This document shows, in pieces, positions 55,101 to 63,887 of a DNA stretch of 64,000 nucleotides; within the stretch, counting starts at the first letter, position 1, and the number at the start of each line of letters is the position of its first letter. The stretch lies in the IMG/VR virus record IMGVR_UViG_3300042554_001750; one strand, written 5' to 3'. The translations under genes were made by a program, and so were the position numbers. The notes beneath the pieces are model-generated. The model did not search any database, was not told the DNA's origin, and saw only the letters and a program-made list of their open reading frames with translations. Source of the DNA: a virus (lineage: Duplodnaviria > Caudoviricetes).

Positions 55101-57007
55101 TTAGCGTTCAACGCTTCAACCCATTCAACCCAGTGTTGACCACTCCCACAAGTTACAGTGGTTACTTTGATGGCACTGGGGATTACTTGACAATAGCATC
55201 AGCAACTGGCCTCGGAGTTCAATCTGCTGATTTTACATTAGAGGTGTGGGCATATTTTAATGCCGCTACAGCTACAAACGATCAGCCATTTTATAACAAT
55301 TTGACTGCTTCAGGGTATGTAGCTAACACATTTTGGTTTGGAAAACACAGTGCAACTTCTGGTAAAGTTACAGTGTATATCTACAATTACTCGTCCTCAA
55401 CATATTTAATGACTGAGCCTAGTTTACCTCCTGCTAATCAATGGGTGCATTATGCTTTGGTTAGAAACGGTAATACTTTTACCATTTACAGAAATGGTGT
55501 TGCAACAGTGAGTAGTACTTTTAGTGGTGCAGTAACCGGAAGTACTTCCCCTGCTTGGATAGGAAGAAGCGGAGACGGCGCAGACATAAACTCATTTAAT
55601 GGATATATGAGTAATTTGCGTTTAGTAAACGGAACAGCGGTTTATACTTCTGCTTTCACTCCACCTACAAGTCCATTAACTGCCATTGCTAACACTAGTT
55701 TATTAACACTACAAAACGCTACATTTGTTGATAACAGCACCAACAACTTTGCCATAACTGCCAACGGCAACAGCCAGCCCACTCAATTCAACCCATTTGG
55801 CTGGACTAGTACCACTGGCAGTAATGCAGCCTACAGTGTCGCAAATTACGGTGGCAGCATGTATTTTGATGGCAGTGGGGATTTTTTGAGTTTAGCTGGA
55901 AACACCGCATTTACAATGCCGGGTAATTTTACTGCTGAGGCTTGGGTTTATTGTAATGGATATACAAATGATTATGCCGCAATTTTTGGATTTTCAAGTG
56001 ATTCAGAAAATACAGGTTGGAATATTCTTGTAAGAACAAATGGTAGGTTACATTTTAATGTTGCCATGACGTTTACAGATGCTACTGGCACATTACCATT
56101 GAATCAATGGACCCACGTTGCGTTAGTTAGATCCGGCAGTGGATCAGGAAATGTTAAATTATATGTAAATGGAGTTGCTGATGCAACGACCCTCACTGTT
56201 ACCGCAACAGCTACGTCACCGTCTACTGTGATGCTCGGTAGTTACCCGGGAATAACATCAAGGGCTTTTAATGGATACATATCAAATGCTCGTATTGTAA
56301 AAGGCACTGCCGTTTATACCAGCAACTTTGCTCCACCTGTTGCCCCATTATCATTCAACGCAAACGCTGTATTACAAGTCAATGGTACCAGTGCAGCCAT
56401 CTACGACAGTAGTATGATGGTGAATTATGAGACAATAGGAAATACCCTGAGTACCGGATCCATAAAGAAATATGGCAACAGCAGTATATATATTGCCGCT
56501 GCGGCAGCAAATGTATTCACACCGGCTTCACCAAACTTAGATTTCGGTACAGGTGATTTTACTATTGAGTGTTTTGTTTATAGTGTGAATTCAGGCATTG
56601 GTTTATACCCCACATTTATTTCAAGCGTCACAGGCTGGAGTTCTGGTGCATCTGGGCACAGGTTTAACAATACTGGTGCAGCCAATAAGTTTACATTCCA
56701 TTTAAATGGTGCTGGTGATCCCTTTTTAACTTCATCAGGTACATATAGCTTTAACACCTGGTATTACTACGCTTTAACACGCAGTGGAAATACATGGAGA
56801 ATGTTCATTGACGGAGTTCAACAAGCATCAGGCTCTTTCTCGGGATCATTTAACCAAGCACTGGGTGGCATGAGATTAGGATACGCCCAATGGGACGGTA
56901 CGAACGGCTACTATAATGGCTACTTAGATGATTTGCGATTCACAAAGGGAGTAGCCCGTTATACCAGCAACTTCACACCACCCACAACACCATTCATGCA
57001 AAATTAA
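52187..57007 (+). CDS. Large protein with IPT/Ig-like N-terminus and six LamG/concanavalin-A-like modules (1606 aa from ATG 52187)
   Basis: GGQTITLTGEGF..GASV (IPT/TIG-like), LPTG.TL (Ig-like); five FDG[ST]GD[YF]L starts; recurrent FT.E.W.Y, W..[VIY].[LIV][VT]R, GY[IM]SN.R..KG.A.YT..F.PP; AAGGG SD favours start 52187 over track 52157. Confidence 0.8.
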   Translation: MSNYFELQNAPVLTTPSALTAPKITSIGYPGDDTAADPAGGQTITLTGEGFEAGASVIINTAAVGVVSVVSNTTITFTSPALSTGSYPVYVVNTDGGTAIAVPGIQYSGTPTWTTAAGSLGSYTETQSISNTVTATGDAPISYSLFSGTLPTGATLNSANGLISGTSPLSASPTTYTFTIRATDAQQQDTNRQFSLTINPDVVTWSSPANGTTYTSTANSAISNVALSATAASGQSVSYTANALPTGLSLSGSNITGTPTVVANSSTLLTATAATTNATATRTINWVISVASDPDFEYVTTLLSASNPTSTFVTDASTNNFAVTVFGDTRPNNFGPYTPGYYSNFFDGTGDYLLLPTTSALAFPGDFTVEAWVYLNSVTGPQGVYTSIDNASDNWEGISLTFNGTSFLATSYIPTVDTITHQNTVTIGQWYHIAIVRNGSSTKSYLNGVQSNTTTLGTYSLTQSGGTIGAQYPGSGPLNGYISNLRVLKGTALYTSTFTPPTTPLTAIANTQLLTCQSNRFIDNSTNNFTITRFGDTSISGFDPFAPLSAYSGYGSGYFDGSGDYLTGSADISPRGTEDFTIEFWYYPTSLGSAERYFLVGSGNNGFIFGITNFGNDIAIIRDLTGAIVANFGSRTQLTLNAWNYVVVTRSSNVFRCYINGSPTTTPSVTDSYSFATPSTTTLLAGSFMGYCTDMRVTRGLARYTGASMSVPTVPLSSDVSTTLLTLQNNQPNNNNMFLDSSASNFLITRNGNTTQGSFSPYGGGWSNYFDGSGDYLTVADTANIQPGSGNCTWEAWIYPLSLPSAGNFKTLWAQRATDAGIGGAAIVFNSSGNYVYFIANSAANAWQVSGVSTGFNVLLNQWQHVALVRSGNTMTMYLNGVAGTTASVATGAIGTSGNLSLMAGAANGIQTVDGYMSNFRFVKGTAVYTANFTPPTAPLTPIANTNLLTCADNRFIDDSSNNFTITRNGDVSVQRFNPFNPVLTTPTSYSGYFDGTGDYLTIASATGLGVQSADFTLEVWAYFNAATATNDQPFYNNLTASGYVANTFWFGKHSATSGKVTVYIYNYSSSTYLMTEPSLPPANQWVHYALVRNGNTFTIYRNGVATVSSTFSGAVTGSTSPAWIGRSGDGADINSFNGYMSNLRLVNGTAVYTSAFTPPTSPLTAIANTSLLTLQNATFVDNSTNNFAITANGNSQPTQFNPFGWTSTTGSNAAYSVANYGGSMYFDGSGDFLSLAGNTAFTMPGNFTAEAWVYCNGYTNDYAAIFGFSSDSENTGWNILVRTNGRLHFNVAMTFTDATGTLPLNQWTHVALVRSGSGSGNVKLYVNGVADATTLTVTATATSPSTVMLGSYPGITSRAFNGYISNARIVKGTAVYTSNFAPPVAPLSFNANAVLQVNGTSAAIYDSSMMVNYETIGNTLSTGSIKKYGNSSIYIAAAAANVFTPASPNLDFGTGDFTIECFVYSVNSGIGLYPTFISSVTGWSSGASGHRFNNTGAANKFTFHLNGAGDPFLTSSGTYSFNTWYYYALTRSGNTWRMFIDGVQQASGSFSGSFNQALGGMRLGYAQWDGTNGYYNGYLDDLRFTKGVARYTSNFTPPTTPFMQN

Positions 57008-57022
57008 TCACGGACAAATAAC

Positions 57023-57898
57023 ATGGGACTAAGCATCGGCGGCGGAATCAGTTTTGGAGGCGGAATAACTTTAACTAAAGGGCCTACAGCACCAACGACG
57101 GTAGAATATCTTATAGTAGCAGGTGGCGGTGGAAGTGGCACTTATAACCCGTCAGGCTACACTGGTGGTGCCGGCGGTGGTGGCGGGGTGTTAGCTGGCA
57201 CAACTTCCATGAGCGACAACACTACATATACAATTACAATAGGTGCAGGCGGCGCAACTGCGGCTCAAGGAGGAAATTCTGTTTTTGTAGGTCAAACTGC
57301 AATTGGTGGAGGCGTGGGTGGTTACGGTGCTAGTGGTGGAGGCAATGGAGGATCGGGTGGTGGCTCTGGTCAAAGCTTTGGTACTATTAACGGTGGTAAA
57401 GGTGTTTATCCCGGAAGCACTTATATAGACGCTCCTAGACAAGGTTATGACGGTGGAACCAGTGGTACAGTTTGTAATTTCTTAAATGAATGTTTTTTTT
57501 ATGCTAGTGGAGGGGGTGGCGGTGCAGCTGGCCCTGGCGGAAATTCTGCTAGTTATGTGTTACCTACTAGTGCTCCGGGTGGAGCCGCTTATCAATCAAA
57601 TATTTCTGGTAGTAATGTTTTCTATGGTGGAGGCGGTGGCGGTCAGTCATACCAAGGAAGTGCCGGAATAGGTGGTGGCAATGGAACTTCAGGTGGCAAT
57701 GCTGGTCAAAATGGTGTTACAAATACCGGTGGTGGCGCAGGTTCTAGTAATGATAAAGCGGGTGGTTCTGGAATAGTTATAATGAAATATTCAGATGGAT
57801 TTAGTCCAGCATTAAGCACAACTGGTAGCCCAACATACTCAGTATCGGGCGGGTACAGAATATACACATTTACTGGTTCAGGAAGCATTACCTTCTAA
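57023..57898 (+). CDS. Glycine-rich adhesin-like protein 2 (291 aa)
   Basis: VEYLIVAGGGG...GGSGIVIMKYSD...FTGSGSITF. Confidence 0.75.
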   Translation: MGLSIGGGISFGGGITLTKGPTAPTTVEYLIVAGGGGSGTYNPSGYTGGAGGGGGVLAGTTSMSDNTTYTITIGAGGATAAQGGNSVFVGQTAIGGGVGGYGASGGGNGGSGGGSGQSFGTINGGKGVYPGSTYIDAPRQGYDGGTSGTVCNFLNECFFYASGGGGGAAGPGGNSASYVLPTSAPGGAAYQSNISGSNVFYGGGGGGQSYQGSAGIGGGNGTSGGNAGQNGVTNTGGGAGSSNDKAGGSGIVIMKYSDGFSPALSTTGSPTYSVSGGYRIYTFTGSGSITF

Positions 57899-57934
57899 AA
57901 TAACACATGATAAATACTAAATTGATATAAATTT

Positions 57935-60900
57935 ATGGCTATTACACGAATTGAACCCTACATTGTTAACAGTAATGCAAATTTTACATTTGCAGGAGTT
58001 AACGCCAATGGTAACTTAAACGTTACCGGTGTAAGCAATTTGGGTCCAGTTAGTAATGTAATCATTACAGGTGGTAGTAACGGACAAGTATTAACTACAA
58101 ATGGTTCAGGTAATTTAAGTTGGACTACTATTACCGGTGGGGGCGGTGGAGCCAGTATTAGCAATGGCAATAGCAATGTCAATATTCCAAGCGCCAATGG
58201 AAATGTCACAATAAGTGTTGCTGGTAACAGCAATATAGCAACTTTTACAGGCACCGGTGTCAATGTTGCTGGTACAGGTAACTTTACTAATAATTTAACA
58301 GCAGCTAATTTTATAGCAGGTAGCGGCTCAGGTGGAAACTTAACTGGTGCTAATGTGATTAGTGCCAATACATTTATTGGTGCATTTGCCAATGGTAATA
58401 GTAATGTTAACATTCCAGCAGCTAATGGCAATGTAACAATAAGTGTTGCTGGTAACAGCAATATAGCAACTTTTACAGGCACCGGTGTCAATGTTGCAGG
58501 AACTTTAACAGCTACCGGCAACGTTACTGGTAACTTTTTTATTGGTAACGGTAGTCAACTTACAGGCATCGCATCTGCGCTAACAGTTAGAGAAAGCAAC
58601 AGCACTGGTGGCAATATAACCAATACTGTTAGTAGCGTTAGTACACTAAATTTTGATAAAACTACTGGTATTTTCGTTACTGATTTAGGTAGTGGTAACG
58701 CTTTGATTTCATTAGGAAGCTCATTCAAAACTTGGGTAGTTAATGGTCAGCCTAATCTAGTCGCTGTCGGTGAAGATACAGTTCAATTTATTGCAGGTAA
58801 TGGCATTACAATTACAACAAGTAATGTAAGTAATCCAAAGAGCATTGAATTTGCAGTCAACAATACAACCAGTGTAATCAATGGCAACAGTAACGTTAAT
58901 ATACCAACTGCAAACGGCAATGTAACCATTAGTGCAGTGGGTAACGCAAATGTATTAGTAGTAACTGGTACTGGAGCCAATATTGCAGGTAACTTCGCAG
59001 TCACGGGAAACATAACTGCTGGTAACTTCGTGACTAGTGGCACTGCAGGAAATATTAGCGGAGCTAATGTAATTACAGCATGTACATTCATAGGTAACAC
59101 TGGTAATTTCAGTACGGCACTTAATGTAACAGGTACAAGTAATTTAGGTCCAATCGGCAATGTTATTATCACCGGCGGTAGCAGTGGTCAGTACTTACAG
59201 ACAAATGGCAGTGGTGGATTAAGTTGGGCTACTATTAGTACAAGTGGTATTAGTAATGGCAATAGTAATGTTAATATACCGTCTGCAAACGGTAATGTTT
59301 TAATTAGTGTTGCCGGCAATGCAAACGTACTAACCATTACTGGTACAGGTATAAATGTTGCTGGTACAGGTAACTTTACTGGCAATTTAGTTTCAGGTGG
59401 TAATTTAAATGTAAGTGGTAATGCTGTAGTAAGTGGAAACTTAACTGTAGATGGAAATCTAATATATGTTAATGTCACTGACTTAAGTGTAGAAGATCCT
59501 ATTATTCAATTACAAACTGGACCCAATGCTACACCTCCGAGCAGCAACAGTGGAAAAGATGTTGGAACAGCATTAAACTATTACGATACTAGTGCTAAGA
59601 TAGCATTCATGGGTTGGGATGTCAGTAATGCAGAAATTGCATTCGGTAGTAATGTAAGTATTACAAGTGAAGTCGTCACATTTACACAATTAGCAAATAT
59701 TCGTGCCGGAAATGCCCAACTTGGAAATTTAGCAACAGCTAACTTTGTTTCTGGTACATTAACAACTGCTAGTCAACCAAACATTACAACAATTGGCACA
59801 CTTTCAAGTTTAGTAGTTAGTGGTACAAGTAATCTAGGTCCAGTTGGTAATGTTATTATCACTGGCGGTAGTAATGGACAAGTATTAACGACAAATGGTA
59901 GTGGTGGTTTAAGCTGGACTACAGTAAGTGGTGGCGGAGCCAGTATTAGTAATGGCAATAGTAATGTAAACATTCCTGCTGCAAACGGCAATATTACAAT
60001 GAGTGTTGCTGGTAACAGCAATGTTGTAGTTGTAACTGGAACTGGTATTAATGTTGCAGGTACTGGTAATTTTGCAGGTAATTTATCAGCGGCTAATTTC
60101 TTAGCAGGTTCTGGTGCCGGCGGTAATATCAGTGGTGCCAATGTAATAACTGCCAACACATTAATAGGAAATTTAGTAAACGGTAATAGTAATATCGCTA
60201 TTCAAGCTAATAGTAATATTAATATTAGTAGCACTGGAAATGCCAATGTCGTTGTAGTTACTGGCTCTGGTATTAATGTCGCAGGTACAGCGAATTTTAG
60301 TGGCAATTTAAGTGCAGCCAACTTTATTGCAGGCACGGGTGCCGGCGGAAATATCTCCGGTGCTAATATTATATCCGCGAACACAATCAACATAAGTGCA
60401 GGATTAAATGTAACAGGTACAAGTAATTTAGGTCCGGTTGGCAACGTAACTATTATCGGCGGTAGTAATGGACAAGTATTAACGACAAATGGTAGTGGTG
60501 GTTTAAGCTGGACTACTGTCACCGGTGGCGCCGGCGCAAGTATAAGCAATGGTAATAGTAATGTTAATATTCCAGCTGCAAATGGAAATATTAATTTAAG
60601 TGCCGCCGGCAATTCTAATGTATTAGTAGTAACTGGTACTGGTATAAATGTAGCAGGTACTGGTAACTTTACTGGTAATTTAGGTGCAGGAAATGTAACA
60701 ATTGGTAGTGGAACTGGTGGTAACTTAAGTGGTGCAAATGTAATCACGGCTAATACATTCACTGGTGCATTAGCCAATGGTAATAGTAATGTTAATATTC
60801 CGGCAGCTAATGGCAATGTAAACATTAGTGCTGCCGGAAATGCCAATATAGTCGTAGTCACTGGAACAGGTGTAAATGTAGCTGGCACCGGTAACTTCAC

Positions 60901-62575
60901 TGGCAACATGGCTGTTGCCAACTTAACAATTGGATCTGGCATTGGTGGTAACTTAACCGGTGCTAATATTATTAGTGCTAATACTGTTAACATTTCTGCA
61001 GGACTGAATGTAACGGGCACAAGTAATTTAGGTCCGGTTGGTAATGTTACGATAACTGGTGGCAGTTCAGGTCAATATTTACAAACCAATGGTAGCGGTG
61101 GATTAAGTTGGGCAACTATTAGCACTACCGGCGTAAGCAACGGTAATAGTAATGTTAATATTCCTGTAGCAAATGGTAATGTTAATATAAGTGCAGTCGG
61201 TAATGCCAACATATTAGTAGTTACAGGTACTGGTGTAAATGTTGCAGGTACTGGAAATTTCACAGGTAACTTAACAGCAGAAAATGCAAGTTTGGGTAAT
61301 TTAATAACTGCTAATTTTGTACAGGGCGTACTAACTACTGCGGCCCAACCCAATATTACTAGCTTAGGAACACTAGGTAGTTTAACAACAACAGGGAATG
61401 TGAGCGTTGGTGGCAACTTAAGTGTTACTGCTAAGAGTAACTTGGGAGCAGTGGGTAATGTAATCATTACAGGCGGAACGGCAAACTATGTTCTAAGCAC
61501 AGACGGTGCCGGCAATCTAAGCTGGGTAGCTCAAACTGGCGGAGGTGGCGGCGGAGCTAATATCAGTAATGGAAACAGTAATGTAAATATTGCCACTGCT
61601 AATGGCAACATCACTATGAGTGCCGTGGGCAATGCCAATATTGTTACTGTAACTGGTACTGGCGTAAATGTATCCGGAACATTAAATGTTACTGGTAATG
61701 CTACATTTGGCGCTAAGAGTAATTTAGGTCCAGTCGGTAATGTCATTATTACTGGGGGCACAGCTAATTATGTTCTTAGTACTGATGGATCAGGTAACTT
61801 AAGTTGGGTTGCACAAACAGGTGGGGGAGGTAGTGGTGCTAATGGTAATGTGATAGTTAACACATTTACAGGCACCGGTTCACAGACCAACTTTACTTTA
61901 TCAGTTGCCCCCACATCAGAAAACTTTATTTTAGTTAATATTGATGGTGTATTGCAATTGCATAATGCATACACCGTGTCAGGTACTACATTAACATTTG
62001 ACGCAGCACCTACTAATGGTTCAAGTATTGAAGTACAAATTTGGGATTTAACTGGTATTGGTGGATCAGTATATAGCGGTAATTACAGTACTAGTACATT
62101 TACAGCTAACGGCGTTCAAAATACAACTACGGTAACTAGTGGTATGACTGTAAATACAGTCATCGTAACATTTGATGGTGTTGTACAAACACCTACAACA
62201 GATTATACAATCAGTGGTACAACAATGACATTTACCACTGCACCCGGTAATGGTGTATTGGTACAAGTGCGTGAACTGGCTACCGGCACAAATCCGCAGT
62301 TTGCGTTGAATAGTTACACGGGTGATAATACTACTGTAAATTTCTCAATTGCTAGCGGTGCTACTGCCGCAAACACACTTGTCACATTGAACGGTGTATT
62401 ACAAACACCCAATGTGGATTATACTGTGTCAGGTAGTACATTAACATTTACAACTGCGCCCAGTTCTGGCCAAGCTATATTGTTCCGCGAGTTAAAGGGC
62501 AATTCTGGTGGGGGTAGCGGTGGCGGAGCAAGTAATGCCAGAGTAACTGGCTATTCATTAGTTTTTGGAGGATAA
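57935..62575 (+). CDS. Long fibre-like structural protein (1546 aa)
   Basis: Ten NGNSN modules, exact 59- and 62-bp internal repeats, three C-terminal FTG-type modules; ATAAATA 57910-16. Confidence 0.75.
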   Translation: MAITRIEPYIVNSNANFTFAGVNANGNLNVTGVSNLGPVSNVIITGGSNGQVLTTNGSGNLSWTTITGGGGGASISNGNSNVNIPSANGNVTISVAGNSNIATFTGTGVNVAGTGNFTNNLTAANFIAGSGSGGNLTGANVISANTFIGAFANGNSNVNIPAANGNVTISVAGNSNIATFTGTGVNVAGTLTATGNVTGNFFIGNGSQLTGIASALTVRESNSTGGNITNTVSSVSTLNFDKTTGIFVTDLGSGNALISLGSSFKTWVVNGQPNLVAVGEDTVQFIAGNGITITTSNVSNPKSIEFAVNNTTSVINGNSNVNIPTANGNVTISAVGNANVLVVTGTGANIAGNFAVTGNITAGNFVTSGTAGNISGANVITACTFIGNTGNFSTALNVTGTSNLGPIGNVIITGGSSGQYLQTNGSGGLSWATISTSGISNGNSNVNIPSANGNVLISVAGNANVLTITGTGINVAGTGNFTGNLVSGGNLNVSGNAVVSGNLTVDGNLIYVNVTDLSVEDPIIQLQTGPNATPPSSNSGKDVGTALNYYDTSAKIAFMGWDVSNAEIAFGSNVSITSEVVTFTQLANIRAGNAQLGNLATANFVSGTLTTASQPNITTIGTLSSLVVSGTSNLGPVGNVIITGGSNGQVLTTNGSGGLSWTTVSGGGASISNGNSNVNIPAANGNITMSVAGNSNVVVVTGTGINVAGTGNFAGNLSAANFLAGSGAGGNISGANVITANTLIGNLVNGNSNIAIQANSNINISSTGNANVVVVTGSGINVAGTANFSGNLSAANFIAGTGAGGNISGANIISANTINISAGLNVTGTSNLGPVGNVTIIGGSNGQVLTTNGSGGLSWTTVTGGAGASISNGNSNVNIPAANGNINLSAAGNSNVLVVTGTGINVAGTGNFTGNLGAGNVTIGSGTGGNLSGANVITANTFTGALANGNSNVNIPAANGNVNISAAGNANIVVVTGTGVNVAGTGNFTGNMAVANLTIGSGIGGNLTGANIISANTVNISAGLNVTGTSNLGPVGNVTITGGSSGQYLQTNGSGGLSWATISTTGVSNGNSNVNIPVANGNVNISAVGNANILVVTGTGVNVAGTGNFTGNLTAENASLGNLITANFVQGVLTTAAQPNITSLGTLGSLTTTGNVSVGGNLSVTAKSNLGAVGNVIITGGTANYVLSTDGAGNLSWVAQTGGGGGGANISNGNSNVNIATANGNITMSAVGNANIVTVTGTGVNVSGTLNVTGNATFGAKSNLGPVGNVIITGGTANYVLSTDGSGNLSWVAQTGGGGSGANGNVIVNTFTGTGSQTNFTLSVAPTSENFILVNIDGVLQLHNAYTVSGTTLTFDAAPTNGSSIEVQIWDLTGIGGSVYSGNYSTSTFTANGVQNTTTVTSGMTVNTVIVTFDGVVQTPTTDYTISGTTMTFTTAPGNGVLVQVRELATGTNPQFALNSYTGDNTTVNFSIASGATAANTLVTLNGVLQTPNVDYTVSGSTLTFTTAPSSGQAILFRELKGNSGGGSGGGASNARVTGYSLVFGG
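58208..58497 (+). repeat. Exact 62-bp direct repeat (58208-58269 and 58436-58497)
   Basis: ACAATAAGTGTTGCTGGTAACAGCAATATAGCAACTTTTACAGGCACCGGTGTCAATGTTGC occurs twice, 228 bp apart, in frame. Confidence 0.9.
59864..60516 (+). repeat. Exact 59-bp direct repeat (59864-59922 and 60458-60516)
   Basis: GGCGGTAGTAATGGACAAGTATTAACGACAAATGGTAGTGGTGGTTTAAGCTGGACTAC occurs twice, 594 bp apart, in frame. Confidence 0.9.
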
Positions 62576-62576
62576 C

Positions 62577-62948
62577 ATGGCAGCACCAAACATAATCGGG
62601 GCTACAACAATAAACGGCAAAACAACTGGTGCAAATTTGACTAGTACCAGTGCAACAACAGTGTTGAATAACCCTGCTAGTTCAGGTAAATGTCTTAAAG
62701 TAAACACATTAAACGTGGCAAATTACGGTAGTACCAATGCTAACATCACTGTGGCTTGGAATAATGCTGCTAATCTTGGTGGAACATCATTTAGTATTGT
62801 GGGCAATGTTAGTGTTCCGGCCGGTAGTACATTGAATGTAATTGATAAGACCAGTCAATATTATCTAGAAGAAAATCAGAGCTTGGGTGCCACTGCTGGC
62901 ACAGCTAATACACTAATAGTTACTTGTAGCTATGAGGATATAAGTTAA
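62577..62948 (+). CDS. Small beta-rich virion-associated protein (123 aa from ATG 62577)
   Basis: GGAGG SD at 62567-71 supports ATG 62577 (MAAPNII) over the track TTG 62565; TAATG overlap with the next gene. Confidence 0.7.
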   Translation: MAAPNIIGATTINGKTTGANLTSTSATTVLNNPASSGKCLKVNTLNVANYGSTNANITVAWNNAANLGGTSFSIVGNVSVPAGSTLNVIDKTSQYYLEENQSLGATAGTANTLIVTCSYEDIS

Positions 62949-63871
62949 TGGTGAAACGTTACACAGGAGGTATAATATCTCCTATAGCCCCTACTACTAA
63001 TGTGCAAAGTGGATCGGCATTTTGGTCTTCTGTAAACCAACTACAAGGAAAACAAGCCGGTAACTGGCCCATAGCAGGCGCCATACCATTTGATTATTTG
63101 ATTGTGGGAGGCGGCGCTGGTGGCGGAGGCGGTAATGGCGGAGGCGGAGGCGGCGCTGGCGGAGTAATAATCGGTTCTACTACAGTTCTTCCTGGGTCTA
63201 CGACTACGATTACAGTGGGCGCCGGCGGCTCAGGTCAATCATCAACCGGAACTTCAAGTAGCGCGTTTAGTCTTACTGCATTAGCCGGCGGTGCTGGATC
63301 AGGTGAAACCAATTTAAGTGCAGGCGGAAATGGTGGTTCAGGCGGTGGAGGCGGATCGGCTGGTTCAACTAATCATGCAGGCGGAACTGGAACAGCTGGG
63401 CAAGGTAATAATGGTGGTTCTGGAAGCACTAATGGTGTTGGTTTCCGAAATGGTGGGGGTGGAGGTGGAGCCGGCGCAGCGGGCACTAGTGCCACTAACA
63501 GCGTATCAGGCGCCGGCGGAGTTGGAATATCAAGCAGTATTTCAGGAACTGCTACCTTTTACGGAGGTGGTGGAGGTGGAGGTGGCTACACAGTGGCCGG
63601 GAGCGCAGGTGGTTCGGGTGGCGGTGGTGCAGGAGGCAATAATTCTGGTACTACTACGGGAACTGCAGGAACTGCCAATACAGGCGGCGGTGGCGGAGGT
63701 GGAGGCAACAGCTACCCAGGCGGCGGGGCCAGCGGAGGATCTGGCATAGTTATTGTTCGTTATCCTGACTCATTCCCTGCTGCAACCAGTACAACTGGAA
63801 GCCCCACAATAACTGTCACAGGCGGATACAGAATTTACAGATTTACTGGTTCTGGAAGCATAACATTCTAA
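62948..63871 (+). CDS. Glycine-rich adhesin-like protein 3 (307 aa)
   Basis: FDYLIVGGGAGGG...GGSGIVIVRYPD...FTGSGSITF. Confidence 0.75.
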   Translation: MVKRYTGGIISPIAPTTNVQSGSAFWSSVNQLQGKQAGNWPIAGAIPFDYLIVGGGAGGGGGNGGGGGGAGGVIIGSTTVLPGSTTTITVGAGGSGQSSTGTSSSAFSLTALAGGAGSGETNLSAGGNGGSGGGGGSAGSTNHAGGTGTAGQGNNGGSGSTNGVGFRNGGGGGGAGAAGTSATNSVSGAGGVGISSSISGTATFYGGGGGGGGYTVAGSAGGSGGGGAGGNNSGTTTGTAGTANTGGGGGGGGNSYPGGGASGGSGIVIVRYPDSFPAATSTTGSPTITVTGGYRIYRFTGSGSITF

Positions 63872-63887
63872 AGAAATAAATACGATT

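Noticed and set aside
46860-59812. Diversity-generating retroelement template/variable repeat pair
   Set aside because: Differences are mostly synonymous and not adenine-specific, both copies lie mid-gene, and no reverse transcriptase is present in the window.
37600-62266. Many minus-strand ORFs up to 272 aa (e.g. 47531-48346, 60202-61020) opposite the fibre genes
   Set aside because: Reverse frame of Asn/Gly/Val/Thr-rich codons rarely gives stops; translations are monotonous LP/TL/PV repeats with no expression signals.
36848-63871. CRISPR array among the recurring 30-60-bp repeats
   Set aside because: Repeats are in-frame coding modules with synonymous variation and irregular spacing; no cas genes.
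36848-63871. Invertase-driven tail-fibre shufflon
   Set aside because: All fibre and adhesin genes are on one strand; no inverted crossover sites or recombinase gene were seen.
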